A stretch of DNA of 63,835 bases, filler included, from Octopus bimaculoides (lineage: Eukaryota): assembly GCF_001194135.2 (NCBI RefSeq). It is 6 parts of 6 records of this genome, joined end to end, with 100 filler letters (N's around TTAATTAATTAA, not from the genome) between each part and the next. Parts side by side here need not be neighbours in the genome. Positions count along the whole stretch, not along the records: positions 61,528 to 63,835 come from NC_068995.1; 5 more parts are not named here. The stretch is one strand, 5' to 3'. Every line of letters begins with the position of its first letter. Positions within the stretch are counted from its first letter, which is position 1. Under the pieces are notes generated by a model, which saw nothing but the letters and a program-made list of their open reading frames with translations, searched no databases and was not told the DNA's origin. Made by a program: the position numbers and the translations under genes. Shown one piece after another: positions 61,428 to 63,835 of this stretch.

Positions 61428-61527
61428 NNNNNNNNNNNNNNNNNNNNNNNNNNNNNNNNNNNNNNNNNNNNTTAATTAATTAANNNNNNNNNNNNNNNNN
61501 NNNNNNNNNNNNNNNNNNNNNNNNNNN
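61428..61527. other. Artificial scaffold linker
   Basis: 44N-TTAATTAATTAA(61472-61483)-44N. Confidence 0.95.
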
Positions 61528-62879
61528 AACGCTGATTTTCTGTATTATTGCGAGTGAAAGTGAAGTATCTTTTGAAAATGACTATTTCGTGAGCTGAAAA
61601 TGACGACTGCTGTAGATTCTGGGAGTTCGTTCCATTTACTGTTGACTGAGTATTGTTTAAGGATCCCGTTCGCGTATCTAATCTTTCTCATTCGCAAAAT
61701 GAGCCCCCCCCCCGCCTTAATTTTGTTCAGATTGCTTTCAATTTTGGTGTATCATTGCAACTCTAAATTTTGATTCCGATCAACCAATTACTTTGTCTCG
61801 TAAATTAAAGAATCTGATGTTATTTGGAATTAAATTTGGGTAATTTTAGCCTGTCAACAGACAGCGAGGCATTAACAGCTTTTAACCATGACAATAGCAC
61901 GTAGTGTTGTGCTTCAACTGCTTGTGTTCATTCTTCACACTACGAGATGTCACGTGTTTTGTTTTTATAAAAATTAATATTTATCAATTAGAATTTTATC
62001 ATACATATTTTACGTCACTTGTAATATTTTACATATTTTTCATACATAGCAAAATTTGTTTGCGATGTTAATACAATATGTAAACTTAGTACAGAGAATT
62101 TGACATTATTTTTGAATTCTGCATGCAAGAACATATAAGATACTGGTATTCTTTTTTCTTGGGACAAATTATTTGTTGCCAGTGTCATTCTTATCGTAGT
62201 TTACAAATCCAAACACGAAGACGCTACTCAACTTTGAAGCATTGGACACAAACGCCCCCCTTTTCACACACACACATGCACTTATATATTAGTGATGTAC
62301 ACAAATACATGACAGGTATACATAATACTGAAATACGGATAAAGTAAACACATGCAGACAAATATATTAATATAACAAATTTAAAAAATAATAAAACCTA
62401 TATCAATGAAGAGACAAAAGAAACAGTAAGACGATACATGTTGATTTTATTAGGTATTTCTGGTTATTTAGAAACTTACAATGAAGAGATCATTTTACAT
62501 ACGCTAAACCATAAATTTTACAGGGTACAGCCTTAAAGTTGACACCGTTTCGCTAAACGCAGAAAATTTCTGTCTCGCTATTGGCCAAAAAATACACAAT
62601 TTTTCGATTTTTAAACCTCTGTAACTTTTTCTTCCAATTTTTTTCTCCCCAACATCATACCTTCATAGCAATTAGACTGGAAAACTTTACTATTAAAGCC
62701 AATTTTCAGATTTTTTACTGTCTTTTGAAAAATGCATATTTTGCGAATGAAAAACTAGATCCCTGTTCCCTTTTTGTGATCCATGTCATCAGTTTCAAGT
62801 GTAGACGCGAAAGAAATATTTTGCATAGATTTTCCAGTCCCTGTGCAGCTACGTTCTGCTCCTAATTGAATTCTCTCTA

Positions 62880-63260
62880 TGCTAACCAGTCATTTTAGGT
62901 TGGTTTTAAAACTCCCGGAGTGCAAAAAGAAGTGTAATGTAATTAATTTCTCTGTCAAGTTGAACACTCCATTCAACAATGTTGATATTAATGACGACAT
63001 ACAGTTATTTTGGAAGGCTCTCTGTGATGTACCGCACTCTATAGAGGTTCATGAACTTTCTGTTCGTAAACATCAAGATTGGTTCAACGATAATAAAACA
63101 TGTCCAACAGCTGATAGATAAAATGCACAGCTCTCACAAAACATGGGTAAATGATAAGAGCTCATCCAGAAAAGAGAATGCCTACAAGAAATGCAGAGGC
63201 CAGGTCCAACACGCTCTGAGACAGGTGAAGGATGCTTGGTGGTCTTCCAAGGCTACTGAA
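62880..63260 (+). mobile_element. RTE/BovB-like LINE fragment (EN-RT linker), frameshifted
   Basis: RKHQDWFNDN [fs] VQQLIDKMHSSHKTW...AYKKCRGQVQHALRQVKDAWWSSKA; RKHQDWFDEN is characteristic of RTE-clade ORFs. Confidence 0.75.
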
Positions 63261-63534
63261 AATATTGTCGCTTCTAATATTTATTCTCTTGTTAAAGTTT
63301 TCAGAGTTTAATGAGTTTATTTAATATTTTGGAGCTAGCCTAATAATATTTATTCTAATTTACATAGAACAGGTTGAGTCGATACAATTGATTCCAATCG
63401 ATAATAATATTTTATCAAGTTGTTATGTTTGTATTTATCACCATTTTTCGTGGAAAACATTAATTTAACCAAATTTGAAATTGAACTCGGAATATTATGT
63501 GAGACAAGGAAAAATTGGTTGCACATTTTGGCAC

Positions 63535-63720
63535 AGGATCGACAAATTCAAGGAGGGGATAAGCTGATTATCCTCAGACAACAACTGGTATATATTTCAC
63601 CGACGCCGAAAAGATAAAAGGCAAAGTCGAATTGGGCAGAATTTGAACTCAGAACATAAAACGGTCGAAATTCCGCTAAGCATTTTGTCCAGTGTGGTAA
63701 CGATTATGCTGGATAACCAC
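63535..63720 (-). mobile_element. SINE family A, diverged
   Basis: AAAGGCAAAGTCGA...GAATTTGAACTCAGAAC...GCTAAGCATTTT on the plus strand. Confidence 0.8.
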
Positions 63721-63835
63721 CTTAGAGAGAGGGAATGCAAGAACGTATTTAGTAACATGATTGAATGATACGCGCTTGAGAAGCAAGATTCATCTCTATA
63801 TTTGATTATAGTTTACCAAGCGTAGAAGGTGTAAC

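Overview
Repeat-saturated, AT-rich, gap-rich eukaryotic genomic DNA. The SINE families and microsatellite load strongly resemble Octopus (from recollection, not a database search). Five identical artificial spacers (44 N + TTAATTAATTAA + 44 N) show the window is about six unrelated scaffolds joined together, so adjacency across them is meaningless. I could not identify any intact protein-coding gene, rRNA, functional tRNA or CRISPR array; nearly all listed ORFs are microsatellite or N-gap artefacts. What I can support: (i) several tRNA-derived SINE families (labelled A-E here, plus chimeras); (ii) decayed transposon coding fragments (maT/DD37D mariner, Buster-type hAT with both TIRs, Neptune-type Penelope RT+GIY-YIG, RTE LINE ends with C2H2 fingers, R4/Dong-like RLE LINE ends, an L2/CR1-like end); (iii) MITEs and long palindromes; (iv) two minimal hammerhead-ribozyme motifs. 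The best lead is an apparent composite element: Pol III tRNA-like head + trinucleotide microsatellite + hammerhead-bearing tail, reconstructed from overlapping copies at 35809-35955 and 28706-28880. Next is a TIR-flanked TTAGGG cassette at 1677-1792. Some SINE and LINE boundaries are approximate.
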